A DNA stretch of 64,000 nucleotides from a virus: IMG/VR virus record IMGVR_UViG_3300044856_000216, positions 32,001 through 96,000 of that record. The stretch is one strand, 5' to 3'. Shown here in pieces: positions 1 through 8,435 of the stretch. Position numbers and translations under genes: made by a program. Under the pieces are notes generated by a model. It had not been told where the DNA came from. It saw only the letters and a list, made by a program, of their open reading frames with translations, and searched no databases. How positions within the stretch are numbered: position 1 is the first letter of the stretch; every line of letters starts with the position of its first letter.

Positions 1-486
1 TAAATCTTCCTTATCTGTCTGTGAGATTGAGGTTTTTGACTGACACAAATTCTTAAAAATATCATAAAGATTTTCCTTTGTACCTAAGTCAATCACTTTT
101 ACTTTTGTTTTTTCAAATAGTGGCAATCTCTCATTCTTTTCCTCGTAAGGATATAATATACCACCAGACCAATAATGAACGATCGCATTGATAAACAAAT
201 CAATATAATCAGCTTCCATTACTGATTCAGGAAAATTAGGGTACATAGGTTTATACACAACATCTGCTCCAACCAGTTTTTTCAACATAGGAATTAACTC
301 TAAATAGAATTTTTGTAAATCTTCCTTAGTTTGTGTCTGAAGTGTTTCAAACAATTCTTTGGAAAATGTATATCCTAATGCTTCTACATTCTTCATAATC
401 GTAACAATGTACTGATTATTTGGTTCTGTAACATTACCTTTCTCTAAAATCACTTTATTTTTTCTTCGTAATAAAATCTCATTCAT
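1..486 (-). CDS. hypothetical protein, N-terminal part (gene continues past left edge)
   Basis: ATG at 486 preceded by AAGGAGAATAAAACT; frame open to nt 1 (MNEILLRRKNKVILEKGNV...); missing from ORF track only because no stop lies in the window. Confidence 0.5.
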   Translation of the reverse strand, partial: MNEILLRRKNKVILEKGNVTEPNNQYIVTIMKNVEALGYTFSKELFETLQTQTKEDLQKFYLELIPMLKKLVGADVVYKPMYPNFPESVMEADYIDLFINAIVHYWSGGILYPYEEKNERLPLFEKTKVKVIDLGTKENLYDIFKNLCQSKTSISQTDKEDL

Positions 487-554
487 AGTTTTATTCTCCT
501 TTTTTAATGAAATTGGCGATAGTAAAAACTGTACTTTTATTCTTCCATATGTAA

Positions 555-879
555 TAGAAGGAACTATCGCCATAGCCTTATTCTGTGGAAATAACAAAGT
601 CTAATATCTTTTGTTTCATATCCAAGACATTTATCTCAGATACGAAACACCATTTTCTTATTTGAAATTAGAAGGAAGACTTTATATAGCCACATAGTTC
701 TTATTATTTGTAGGAAATTAAAAGTTCTATCATATAAAAATTTTTCAGATTCTTGTTAATAGAAGGAAGAACTTTTGTAGCCTACATTTATATAATACAT
801 TAGGAAATCGTCAAAGCTAAAATATTCGATTAAAAGTCGAATGCTATTAGCATTATAGAAGGAAGCTTTGTTCATAGCC
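555..879. repeat. four dispersed copies of bipartite motif TAGAAGGAAG-N9/10-TAGCC
   Basis: copies at 555-577, 669-691, 760-782, 856-879 inside the 455-nt ORF-free gap 487-941; spacing 114/91/96 nt. Confidence 0.6.
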
Positions 880-941
880 TAATGTTTTATATCTACTTAT
901 ATATTCTCCGAATAAATATATTTTTTGTGTTTCAAATGTAT

Positions 942-1799
942 TTACTCTTCACCAGCAAAAACTAATCTATCAATATATTCTCTACCTTTGCCCTTGAAAA
1001 TAGGGATATCTGCATCAATAATCCACTCATTTTCTAATTTAGAAGCATCTCTTAACTGTGCAATTGCCATAACTCCATCAGATTCAACAACAACCTTATT
1101 TTTTGCGCAACAGCTTCCTCGCTTCTGATAAATCGGTAAATCATTCCAGTTAATATCTTTCTGAGTCATAAGCATATCCTGAATATCATTACATGATTTA
1201 TTCTGTAACTCTTTGTGTGAGAAATTGGCTTGACCTACCATCTGAATTGAATTACGAGAAGCGTCAAGTTGTCGCCAATAAAAGTTATTTGTTACCTCTT
1301 CTTTTGGAATATTAAAGCAACGAGCATCAAACATTGCACCCTTGTCAACTGCATTTAGTAATGTCTGAATATATCCCCGTGTACCATCCTCATATTTTGA
1401 AACACCATCCCATTTACTAAATCTATATTCGTCAACATAGTTTTCAAAAAATTTATTAAATGCCATCGTAGCCATACTTGCTGTAATACTACATAATTTA
1501 TCAACTCTATAATCAAAGAAACAATCTGTATTTAGCCTATCATAATCAATAAGAAGTAATGTGATTTCATCGCTCTGTTGATAAGATAATTTGCAATTCT
1601 GAATATTTTCGCATAAATATTTAGCAGTATTCTGCATTGATTTTATAAATACTTCATCAAACGGTCTTTTAAATCCTCTTGTGAAGCTATGTCCAGCCCT
1701 CATGTCTAGCCTCAAAATCACTGGCATTCTTCGCTGAAGATAATATCTATTCCTTTTTTCATAACTTTTCATTCTTTCAGCAAGATCACTTCTATCCAT
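942..1799 (-). CDS. Thg1-like protein (tRNA-His guanylyltransferase family, 3'-5' nucleotidyltransferase)
   Basis: 285 aa; Thg1-family pattern RMPVILRLDMRAGHSFTRGFKRPFDEVF ... SYQQSDEITLLL near the N-terminus. Confidence 0.75.
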   Translation of the reverse strand: MDRSDLAERMKSYEKRNRYYLQRRMPVILRLDMRAGHSFTRGFKRPFDEVFIKSMQNTAKYLCENIQNCKLSYQQSDEITLLLIDYDRLNTDCFFDYRVDKLCSITASMATMAFNKFFENYVDEYRFSKWDGVSKYEDGTRGYIQTLLNAVDKGAMFDARCFNIPKEEVTNNFYWRQLDASRNSIQMVGQANFSHKELQNKSCNDIQDMLMTQKDINWNDLPIYQKRGSCCAKNKVVVESDGVMAIAQLRDASKLENEWIIDADIPIFKGKGREYIDRLVFAGEE

Positions 1800-1810
1800 A
1801 TTATTCTCCT

Positions 1811-2071
1811 TTACGCTTCAAAATTGAACTCATCAGACGAAATCTTGTTGTTAATAATCTTCTGATAAATGTCTACATACATCTCATCTGTATCTCTGTT
1901 ATAAGTAACTTCCGCATATCTGTTACCCATTGGCTGTCCCCAAATAGTACACTTCTTATAACCTAACTCATGTGCGAACCACACAAAATCCAACTGGTCA
2001 ATACTGATGTTTTCACTCAATGTCTGAATCACTGCATTCTTTGCAGCTTTTTCAAATTCGTAACTTGTCAT
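1811..2071 (-). CDS. hypothetical protein
   Basis: 86 aa; start moved from track start 2086 to ATG after GGAGGTAATTATA. Confidence 0.5.
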   Translation of the reverse strand: MTSYEFEKAAKNAVIQTLSENISIDQLDFVWFAHELGYKKCTIWGQPMGNRYAEVTYNRDTDEMYVDIYQKIINNKISSDEFNFEA

Positions 2072-2109
2072 TATAATTACCTCCACTTTAATATTCTCTT
2101 AATCAATTA

Positions 2110-2490
2110 CTACTTCTGTTTCATCGCTTTATATAAACTTTTTTCTAAAGTTCCAATTTCTTTCTTTAAGTTCCTTAGTTCTTCTTTTTTATTACTTAAT
2201 AAATTTACTAATTCAGTAACATTGTTTTTAACTTTTTTAATATCAATGATGCAATGAGGGAATTTATAATTTGAATAAATAAGAAGTTGCATAGGATAAA
2301 ATTCTTCATCTGTAAGTTCTTTTACAAGTTTAAAGTCGTTAATTTGAGAATCATCAAGACTATAATTTCTATAAGAATTCCTGTTTATTATTATATTATC
2401 AATTTTGAATCTTAAATCTGTATGACCTTGATCTATATAAGCATCTAAATAACTTGGTTTTTCTATGTCTCCATATCTTCCGTAAACCAT
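2110..2490 (-). CDS. hypothetical protein
   Basis: 126-aa ORF in minus-strand gene train; no motif recognised. Confidence 0.5.
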   Translation of the reverse strand: MVYGRYGDIEKPSYLDAYIDQGHTDLRFKIDNIIINRNSYRNYSLDDSQINDFKLVKELTDEEFYPMQLLIYSNYKFPHCIIDIKKVKNNVTELVNLLSNKKEELRNLKKEIGTLEKSLYKAMKQK

Positions 2491-2648
2491 ATCAGATACA
2501 GATAAAACTAAATAAAAAGCATCTTTTGCAGGATTATAATATATACATTTTTCTTTTAAAATAATTCATTTCTCCTTTATATTTTCTCTCCTCTTGTTCA
2601 CAAGAAATCGAAAATTCTTGCTACTTTTCGCTTCCAGAAAGCCTTATT

Positions 2649-3302
2649 TTATAGGCTTTTTGAGAAGTCAACATAAATGATTTCATGTTCACCTTTAATT
2701 TTTGACTCAATTTCTTCAAGTGAATGGTCATATTTATTACCAACAACGATAATGTCTGCTTCGATGGTTTCTAATTCTTCGTGAGCGTCTGTCTCATATA
2801 CTGTTTTCGCTCGATCTGAATTAGCAATAATTCCTGCAATATAGCTCTTACCTAATCCACTATCACCTTTGAAAATCCAAACAGGTCTTTTATCCATTGC
2901 ACGATTTGTTTCTGTAAATAATTCTTCCGTAATTCCAACATCACCATCTGGATACCAACAGCTATCACCATCGTCATCTACATAAAAAATATCATTCTTG
3001 GCATTGTAAATAGTATCTTCAAGGTCTCCTTCTTTTGTCTCGATTTCAAACGATAAATCTTTGATTGGTTTATGTGTTGAGCCAATAAATGAATCGACAC
3101 ATTTGACTTCACAATGTCCCCATGATGCACTGCACCAACCACTAGGACAATCACCATATTCAGTCCAAAGCGATACTTCATATTTTAAATTATTCTCCGA
3201 AATACAATTTAAGATATATTTAGAATTGTCTTCAAAATCATCGTCTCTATCGTTGTACGTACGAATATGTTCTATTCTTAATGAATGTACTTTTAATTTC
3301 AT
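2649..3302 (-). CDS. P-loop NTPase domain protein
   Basis: 217 aa; Walker A GDSGLGKS in C-terminal half, Cys/Trp-rich N-terminal half; start moved to ATG after AGAGGTAAAT. Confidence 0.55.
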   Translation of the reverse strand: MKLKVHSLRIEHIRTYNDRDDDFEDNSKYILNCISENNLKYEVSLWTEYGDCPSGWCSASWGHCEVKCVDSFIGSTHKPIKDLSFEIETKEGDLEDTIYNAKNDIFYVDDDGDSCWYPDGDVGITEELFTETNRAMDKRPVWIFKGDSGLGKSYIAGIIANSDRAKTVYETDAHEELETIEADIIVVGNKYDHSLEEIESKIKGEHEIIYVDFSKSL

Positions 3303-3312
3303 ATTTACCTCT

Positions 3313-3693
3313 TTAATTTTCCTGCTCTTCAAGCTTATCTAATGCCAACTGAAAAATATCAATCATATGTTGAATTTCATCTCTATCCCATACGATGACC
3401 AAATCTTTTTCTTCATAATCTGCCGTACTTGTATCACTTGGCTCTAACCAATCTTTACTAGACAAACGAATTGGAACGCCTTTATCTAATGATACATAAC
3501 TTGGCATATGAATACATGCATGAAAGAATCCTCTTTCATCTCCGCCACACATTAGATTAAAGCCACTGATTTCGATATCGTCATAACATTTATCTTTTAA
3601 CCTATTTACTCTTTCTGCTGAAAAATCACTTACATTACTGAATATTGTTCCAGCAGGTTCATATCCTAAATCTCTTGCTTTAATTAATCGCAT
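3313..3693 (-). CDS. hypothetical protein
   Basis: 126-aa ORF in minus-strand gene train; no motif recognised. Confidence 0.55.
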   Translation of the reverse strand: MRLIKARDLGYEPAGTIFSNVSDFSAERVNRLKDKCYDDIEISGFNLMCGGDERGFFHACIHMPSYVSLDKGVPIRLSSKDWLEPSDTSTADYEEKDLVIVWDRDEIQHMIDIFQLALDKLEEQEN

Positions 3694-3717
3694 TTATTTT
3701 CCTCCTATTTGCTTCAT

Positions 3718-4083
3718 TTATCTCCAACTGATACTGTAATATGATTCATTATATTGATTGCCAGTTTCAACTTTATAACCAAGTTCCTCTAATTTCTTTC
3801 GTGTTTCAGGTTTTAAACAACCATCTTCACTGATTGAAAATTTGCCATCTGCAACCGCATCTCTAATCAATTTAGATAATTCTGCTAATTGCTGTGTAGT
3901 GCAACTATCAATTGCATTGTTTGTCATTTTATTTGCTTCTGATGCAAACGGAATAACATTCTTTGGTGAGTAAACTTCTGATATAGAAGTGATGGGAGTA
4001 ACTGCGTCTTCACAACAATCTATATCACTACAGCCTATACAAAATTTATAACTTCTGCTAGTTATTGGATATTTACAAGTCAT
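3718..4083 (-). CDS. hypothetical protein
   Basis: 121-aa ORF, Cys-rich N-terminus (CKYP..CIGCSDIDCC). Confidence 0.55.
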   Translation of the reverse strand: MTCKYPITSRSYKFCIGCSDIDCCEDAVTPITSISEVYSPKNVIPFASEANKMTNNAIDSCTTQQLAELSKLIRDAVADGKFSISEDGCLKPETRKKLEELGYKVETGNQYNESYYSISWR

Positions 4084-4098
4084 TTAATTATCCTCCTT

Positions 4099-4458
4099 TT
4101 AAACCTGTTTATATGACGGATTTAAGAGCTTTCCCAATACCTTATTAACAGCAACCTTGCCCATTTCTTTATTCCATATTTCACCTTGTCTAACCCTTGC
4201 AAAGAATAAAGCATATTCTGAAATATTATTCTCTACATCTTTGTAAAACTCTTTATCTTCTTCGCCATCGGCATATTCAGTTTTATATGTATCAAGAATT
4301 ATTTCCGTTAAAATGGTTTTCGCAACTTGAATTAAATCATCTGCTGTCTCAGCTTGTTCTTTTGCTGATTTTACTTTTAGTGTCGATCTTTCTGGCACTG
4401 AGAAGTAATATAATTGCTTAAAATCTTGCTCTTTTGTGTCTTCAATATGAATTCCCAT
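4099..4458 (-). CDS. hypothetical protein (true start probably upstream of the first ATG)
   Basis: 119 aa from ATG 4458, which has no SD; the same frame stays open and coding-like up to the TAG of the preceding gene (4537-4539), where a GGAGG sits. Confidence 0.5.
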   Translation of the reverse strand: MGIHIEDTKEQDFKQLYYFSVPERSTLKVKSAKEQAETADDLIQVAKTILTEIILDTYKTEYADGEEDKEFYKDVENNISEYALFFARVRQGEIWNKEMGKVAVNKVLGKLLNPSYKQV

Positions 4459-4536
4459 ATATTCTAATGTAAGTACAGTTTTAAGATTTTCTTCAATCTG
4501 TTTTGAATTATTCTCTAATTCTATTGGTATTACCTC

Positions 4537-4767
4537 CTATATTCCAATATGAAATTGTTCATAGATTTTATTCATTTTTTCAATAATTTTTCTATTCATA
4601 ATTTCCTGATCCATCAACTCTTCTACAATTTTTGCAGTAGCATACTGCGTCTGACTTCTAAGAATTTTACAAGCATTTTTCTTATATTCTTCTAAATCTT
4701 CTATAGAAGCACTTGACAGCATTGTATTTTCATTTGTTAATCCTTGCATTACTGATGGTGTTATCAT
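4537..4767 (-). CDS. hypothetical protein
   Basis: 76-aa ORF; ATGA overlap with upstream gene. Confidence 0.5.
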   Translation of the reverse strand: MITPSVMQGLTNENTMLSSASIEDLEEYKKNACKILRSQTQYATAKIVEELMDQEIMNRKIIEKMNKIYEQFHIGI

Positions 4768-5027
4768 TTATTTCTGCACCTTTCTTCAAAATCTTCTACT
4801 AGATTATTCTCTTTTATAACTTGAATTGCTTTGTTAAATCTCATAGCCAAATCATCATATTTGAATTTTAACTTTTCATAAGCTGGCTTATATTCAATAC
4901 CATCCTTCATTGTATCTAATACAATGTCCAACATTTCCGCAATAAAAGAAGGTCTTTTTACAATTTCATCATAATTTGGAATTTGTGATTCTGTACTATA
5001 ATTTTTCCACTCATCAGGATAATTCAT
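4764..5027 (-). CDS. hypothetical protein
   Basis: 87 aa; start moved to ATG after GGAGGCGACAAATT (track start 5045). Confidence 0.5.
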   Translation of the reverse strand: MNYPDEWKNYSTESQIPNYDEIVKRPSFIAEMLDIVLDTMKDGIEYKPAYEKLKFKYDDLAMRFNKAIQVIKENNLVEDFEERCRNK

Positions 5028-5072
5028 AATTTGTCGCCTCCACACGAAACCGATATTTCTTGTCCATTTTGT

Positions 5073-5117
5073 TACTATATATAGTAGTTTAAATTTATCT
5101 AACCACTATATATAGTG
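5073..5117. promoter_or_regulatory. pair of 14-nt perfect palindromes TACTATATATAGTA / CACTATATATAGTG
   Basis: 5073-5086 and 5104-5117 in an intergenic gap; related inverted pairs at 28091-28132 and 37543-37590. Confidence 0.4.
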
Positions 5118-5145
5118 TACTATTTTTCAATTTTTCTATATATTG

Positions 5146-5505
5146 TTATTCGCCTTTTATTCTGCAACCACCGTAGTCTCTATACCCATAATATTCTTCA
5201 AGAGATTTACTTGTCATAGTAGCCATTTCACATTTTGTACCTAATAATTCCTCAAGTACAAATGGGAGTTCATCAATTAAAACATGTTCTGGTTTCTTAT
5301 CAATTTTATCGCACCAAAAATCATCATCTAAAAATTCTGCAACTGTATAAACAGTTATTTTCTTATTTGTGATTTTTTCTGCACGTCTTTCAATATCTCT
5401 CTTCGTAGTTCTACGCAACGTAATAATTGGATAACCTGTTTTAACAGCTTCAATAATAATATTTGTTGTCTTACCACGACCTCTTGGTAAATTCATAATT
5501 TCCAT
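5146..5505 (-). CDS. small P-loop ATPase
   Basis: 119 aa; Walker A PRGRGKTT at the N-terminus; paralogous N-terminus to 14577-15083; SD AAGGAGAATAAATAT. Confidence 0.6.
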   Translation of the reverse strand: MEIMNLPRGRGKTTNIIIEAVKTGYPIITLRRTTKRDIERRAEKITNKKITVYTVAEFLDDDFWCDKIDKKPEHVLIDELPFVLEELLGTKCEMATMTSKSLEEYYGYRDYGGCRIKGE

Positions 5506-5554
5506 ATATTTATTCTCCTTTCAATTTCATAAGAAGCGATAAATTCCTACTTAT

Positions 5555-5830
5555 TTATTCTCTGTTCTTAGAATCCCATTTAATAAAATCTTCTAAATCA
5601 TATTCACCAGATTCTTCTTCCTTAATCTCAGGAACAAATACGTTATAATTACCTTCATTATGGTCATGTTCAATAATTTGTTTCAACATTTCATACATAT
5701 TTGTAATTCCTAACTGATATGCTCTCTTCTCGCCTTCAGTCATTCCGTCACAAATTTCATCATTCTTGTTTTCTAATAGATCCTTATATTTTTCTAAGCT
5801 TTCTACGATTAATAAAAATTCTTCGTTCAT
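5555..5830 (-). CDS. hypothetical protein
   Basis: 91-aa acidic ORF in gene train. Confidence 0.5.
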   Translation of the reverse strand: MNEEFLLIVESLEKYKDLLENKNDEICDGMTEGEKRAYQLGITNMYEMLKQIIEHDHNEGNYNVFVPEIKEEESGEYDLEDFIKWDSKNRE

Positions 5831-5845
5831 TTATATATTCTCCCT

Positions 5846-6112
5846 TTACCATGTAAGTTTCTCTGTTACGAGAATAGGTGCAAACCCTGATTTTTCATAA
5901 TCGTGGTTACGTTCATATTCCTGAATTAATGCCATCGCAGTCTTTTTATTTACTGCTCTAACAGCCTGTTTAATATCATCTACAAATTCATCATCTACAC
6001 CTAAAAATACTGTATCTGTGTCAATATCTCCAATACCTGCTTTTGCTCTAAATGTACCTTTGTCTCTTGTTCCAAGTTTAATTAGTACATAAAATTCATT
6101 TTCAATCTTCAT
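5846..6112 (-). CDS. hypothetical protein
   Basis: 88 aa; start placed at ATG overlapping the upstream stop (track start 6151 would overlap by 50 nt). Confidence 0.45.
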   Translation of the reverse strand: MKIENEFYVLIKLGTRDKGTFRAKAGIGDIDTDTVFLGVDDEFVDDIKQAVRAVNKKTAMALIQEYERNHDYEKSGFAPILVTEKLTW

Positions 6113-6524
6113 CAACCTTCTCATCCTCGCCTTTCTGTAATAATGTGACACTCATTTTTACGATAATATCTGTTCCTGACAAATAGCATTCAGATAAATA
6201 TACAATCGGCATGTTGGCATCATCATAAGATCTGTTATATAATTCTTCTTTGATAATATTCTCCATAAAATCATACACTGTTTTATATGTACAGTTATTT
6301 GTTGGAAGAGTATATCTTTTTCTATTTTTCCATAAATCTATTCTCTCTTTTGTATACGGATTGTATGCTTCATCAGAATCGCCAAACCACGCATATCTAC
6401 ATTCCAAGTGTGCAATTAAATTCTTATCAATTTCTCCCAAGGTATTTTGAATTGCGTCCTGTACAATGCTTTCAATCAAATTAGTTCTTGAATCTTTATC
6501 GAAAATTATATTCTTGCTATCCAT
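6102..6524 (-). CDS. hypothetical protein
   Basis: 140-aa ORF in gene train. Confidence 0.6.
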   Translation of the reverse strand: MDSKNIIFDKDSRTNLIESIVQDAIQNTLGEIDKNLIAHLECRYAWFGDSDEAYNPYTKERIDLWKNRKRYTLPTNNCTYKTVYDFMENIIKEELYNRSYDDANMPIVYLSECYLSGTDIIVKMSVTLLQKGEDEKVDED

Positions 6525-6854
6525 TTATTCCCCTCTTACAGTCACATCAGTTCGTCTATCATAAGCCCAATCAACATCAAACGAAGTCATGCTATCTGTA
6601 CTGACTACTTCGCCATTTTTAATTACAACTGGCTTACCTCTATATGGGACGAACACCATACATTCCATATCTTCACTATTTGCATACGACTTGAATATCG
6701 CCTGCAATATTCTATCCTGTTGTTCAATTATTGCTTTATATTCACTCAGATTTTTAGAAATATCCAAATATCTACTATATGAAGCTTCACTTAAAAATCG
6801 AATATCAGTTTTAATCTTTTCAAGTGTTTCTAAAATTTTACTTAATGTTTTCAT
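6525..6854 (-). CDS. hypothetical protein
   Basis: 109-aa ORF abutting the next gene. Confidence 0.55.
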   Translation of the reverse strand: MKTLSKILETLEKIKTDIRFLSEASYSRYLDISKNLSEYKAIIEQQDRILQAIFKSYANSEDMECMVFVPYRGKPVVIKNGEVVSTDSMTSFDVDWAYDRRTDVTVRGE

Positions 6855-6884
6855 ATATTCATTCTCCTCTCAACTTCTCTAAAA

Positions 6885-7097
6885 TTAAAACAAATTAATA
6901 TCTTCTATATTTTTAGCCCATGCATACGCAACATATAATTGTCCATTAAAAATTCCATAAACAGGATGATTCCTATGTTCAAAATAATCTAAACAATAAA
7001 GCATCTCATTTTTTAAATCGTTTAAATCCTGTCCAACATCAACCTTACAAATTGTTGTATGTTCTCTCATTAATATCTCCTTAAATTCTCTGTTCAA
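6885..7097 (-). CDS. hypothetical protein
   Basis: 70-aa ORF in gene train. Confidence 0.45.
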   Translation of the reverse strand: MNREFKEILMREHTTICKVDVGQDLNDLKNEMLYCLDYFEHRNHPVYGIFNGQLYVAYAWAKNIEDINLF

Positions 7098-7121
7098 TTT
7101 CGCAAGAACCGATAATTCTTC

Positions 7122-7703
7122 TTAATCATGGATATCAAGCACTGTAATAAATCCATCCATATTATCTGTTATAGCCTGTTTATATTTTTCATCGAATTTT
7201 TCATCTTTGATAATATCTTTACCATTCCATGAATCTCTTGCAATAGCTGAACCGTCAGGAAGAATACATATGTAACATCCAAGCTTGTTAATATTTAAAA
7301 CATCGCCTTGTTTTGCTCCATCAACAAGAATATATCCATCGCCAAAACCCATATTCATAAACCAATCTTCCTCATGGTACATCCATTCAGGTGTAATATT
7401 CTCTTTTAATGTTGATAAAAGACTTGACCAAAACAATCTGCCGTTTCTATCTTGTCTGTCATAATAACCCCAATTATAATATTCACTATTTGTAGATCCT
7501 TCTTTATCTACTTTTAGTTTTAATTCAGCCTTGTACCTGCCACCGATTCGATAGTAATCCCATGTAAAAACTGGATAATCAATCTGTTCGTCTTCTTCAT
7601 CATCTGAGCCATATACAAGTTCTGAATTATATGGCTTCATAATTTCTGCAATTTTATTCTCACTTGGTAATTCTTTTGTGAGTAAATGAACACAATAATG
7701 CAT
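7122..7703 (-). CDS. hypothetical protein
   Basis: 193-aa ORF; no motif recognised. Confidence 0.6.
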   Translation of the reverse strand: MHYCVHLLTKELPSENKIAEIMKPYNSELVYGSDDEEDEQIDYPVFTWDYYRIGGRYKAELKLKVDKEGSTNSEYYNWGYYDRQDRNGRLFWSSLLSTLKENITPEWMYHEEDWFMNMGFGDGYILVDGAKQGDVLNINKLGCYICILPDGSAIARDSWNGKDIIKDEKFDEKYKQAITDNMDGFITVLDIHD

Positions 7704-7768
7704 TTAATTTCACCTCCTACTCTTATATTTTCCTTTTAAATTCCGCAAGAAAAACCGATATGCCAAGT

Positions 7769-8377
7769 CTACTCTTCCTCATCAAAACCACAGATTTTAC
7801 TAATATCTTCGAGGAAATCTTTTTCGTCAGGAAGACTACTAAGACTATATTCTGTAACAAATTTAACAGGATAATATTCTTTGGGATTTTCTCGATACTC
7901 TTTCTCTGCAATCGGTGTTAAAAAATAAAACCTTTCAGATTCATCTAGTGGTTCTTTATTAAAACCTTCGTATACTTCATAAGTATTCTTATCCAAATCA
8001 ATAACATAAGCCCACTCACAGAAAAGACTATCTGCTGCAAAATTTAATGAGTTTTGCAACTTTGTTTTATTCTTAAACATAATTAGCTCTAAAATATCTC
8101 CACCTGTATCTCTTGATAATTCTGGATAAAACTTCTGCCAAGAAAATCTTGGATTATCCTTCCTTGCTTCATCAATATTCTTATTTATCTCATCAAAATC
8201 TTCCTTAGACAAATATGTACAATCATTTACTGCATTTCTTAATTCGTTAATATTTATCCCTTTAAGATATTTAAGCAACTGTACGCCTAAACCTTCAGGA
8301 TACCCATCCCACTGTCCATACTGTGCAACTTTATATTCGCCATTACTATATACAATTGTTAAATTTCGTGTTCCCAT
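7769..8377 (-). CDS. hypothetical protein
   Basis: 202-aa ORF (MGTRNLTIVYSNGEYKVAQYGQWDGYPEG...); supersedes overlapping 7723-7911 ORF. Confidence 0.6.
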   Translation of the reverse strand: MGTRNLTIVYSNGEYKVAQYGQWDGYPEGLGVQLLKYLKGININELRNAVNDCTYLSKEDFDEINKNIDEARKDNPRFSWQKFYPELSRDTGGDILELIMFKNKTKLQNSLNFAADSLFCEWAYVIDLDKNTYEVYEGFNKEPLDESERFYFLTPIAEKEYRENPKEYYPVKFVTEYSLSSLPDEKDFLEDISKICGFDEEE

Positions 8378-8435
8378 TTGTACCTCCTGTTCTTATATTC
8401 TCTGTAAAAATTTCCAAAAGAACGAATCTTTCTTC

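Noticed and set aside
2491-2575. Possible frameshifted N-terminal extension of gene 2110-2490 (ATG at about 2566 in another frame, with an A-run AAAAGAAAAA between)
   Set aside because: The upstream ATG has an SD spacing of only 2 nt and the extension is short. The evidence is too thin to call a frameshift.
7723-7911. 62-aa ORF overlapping the 3' end of 7769-8377
   Set aside because: It is an alternative frame inside a longer, better ORF.
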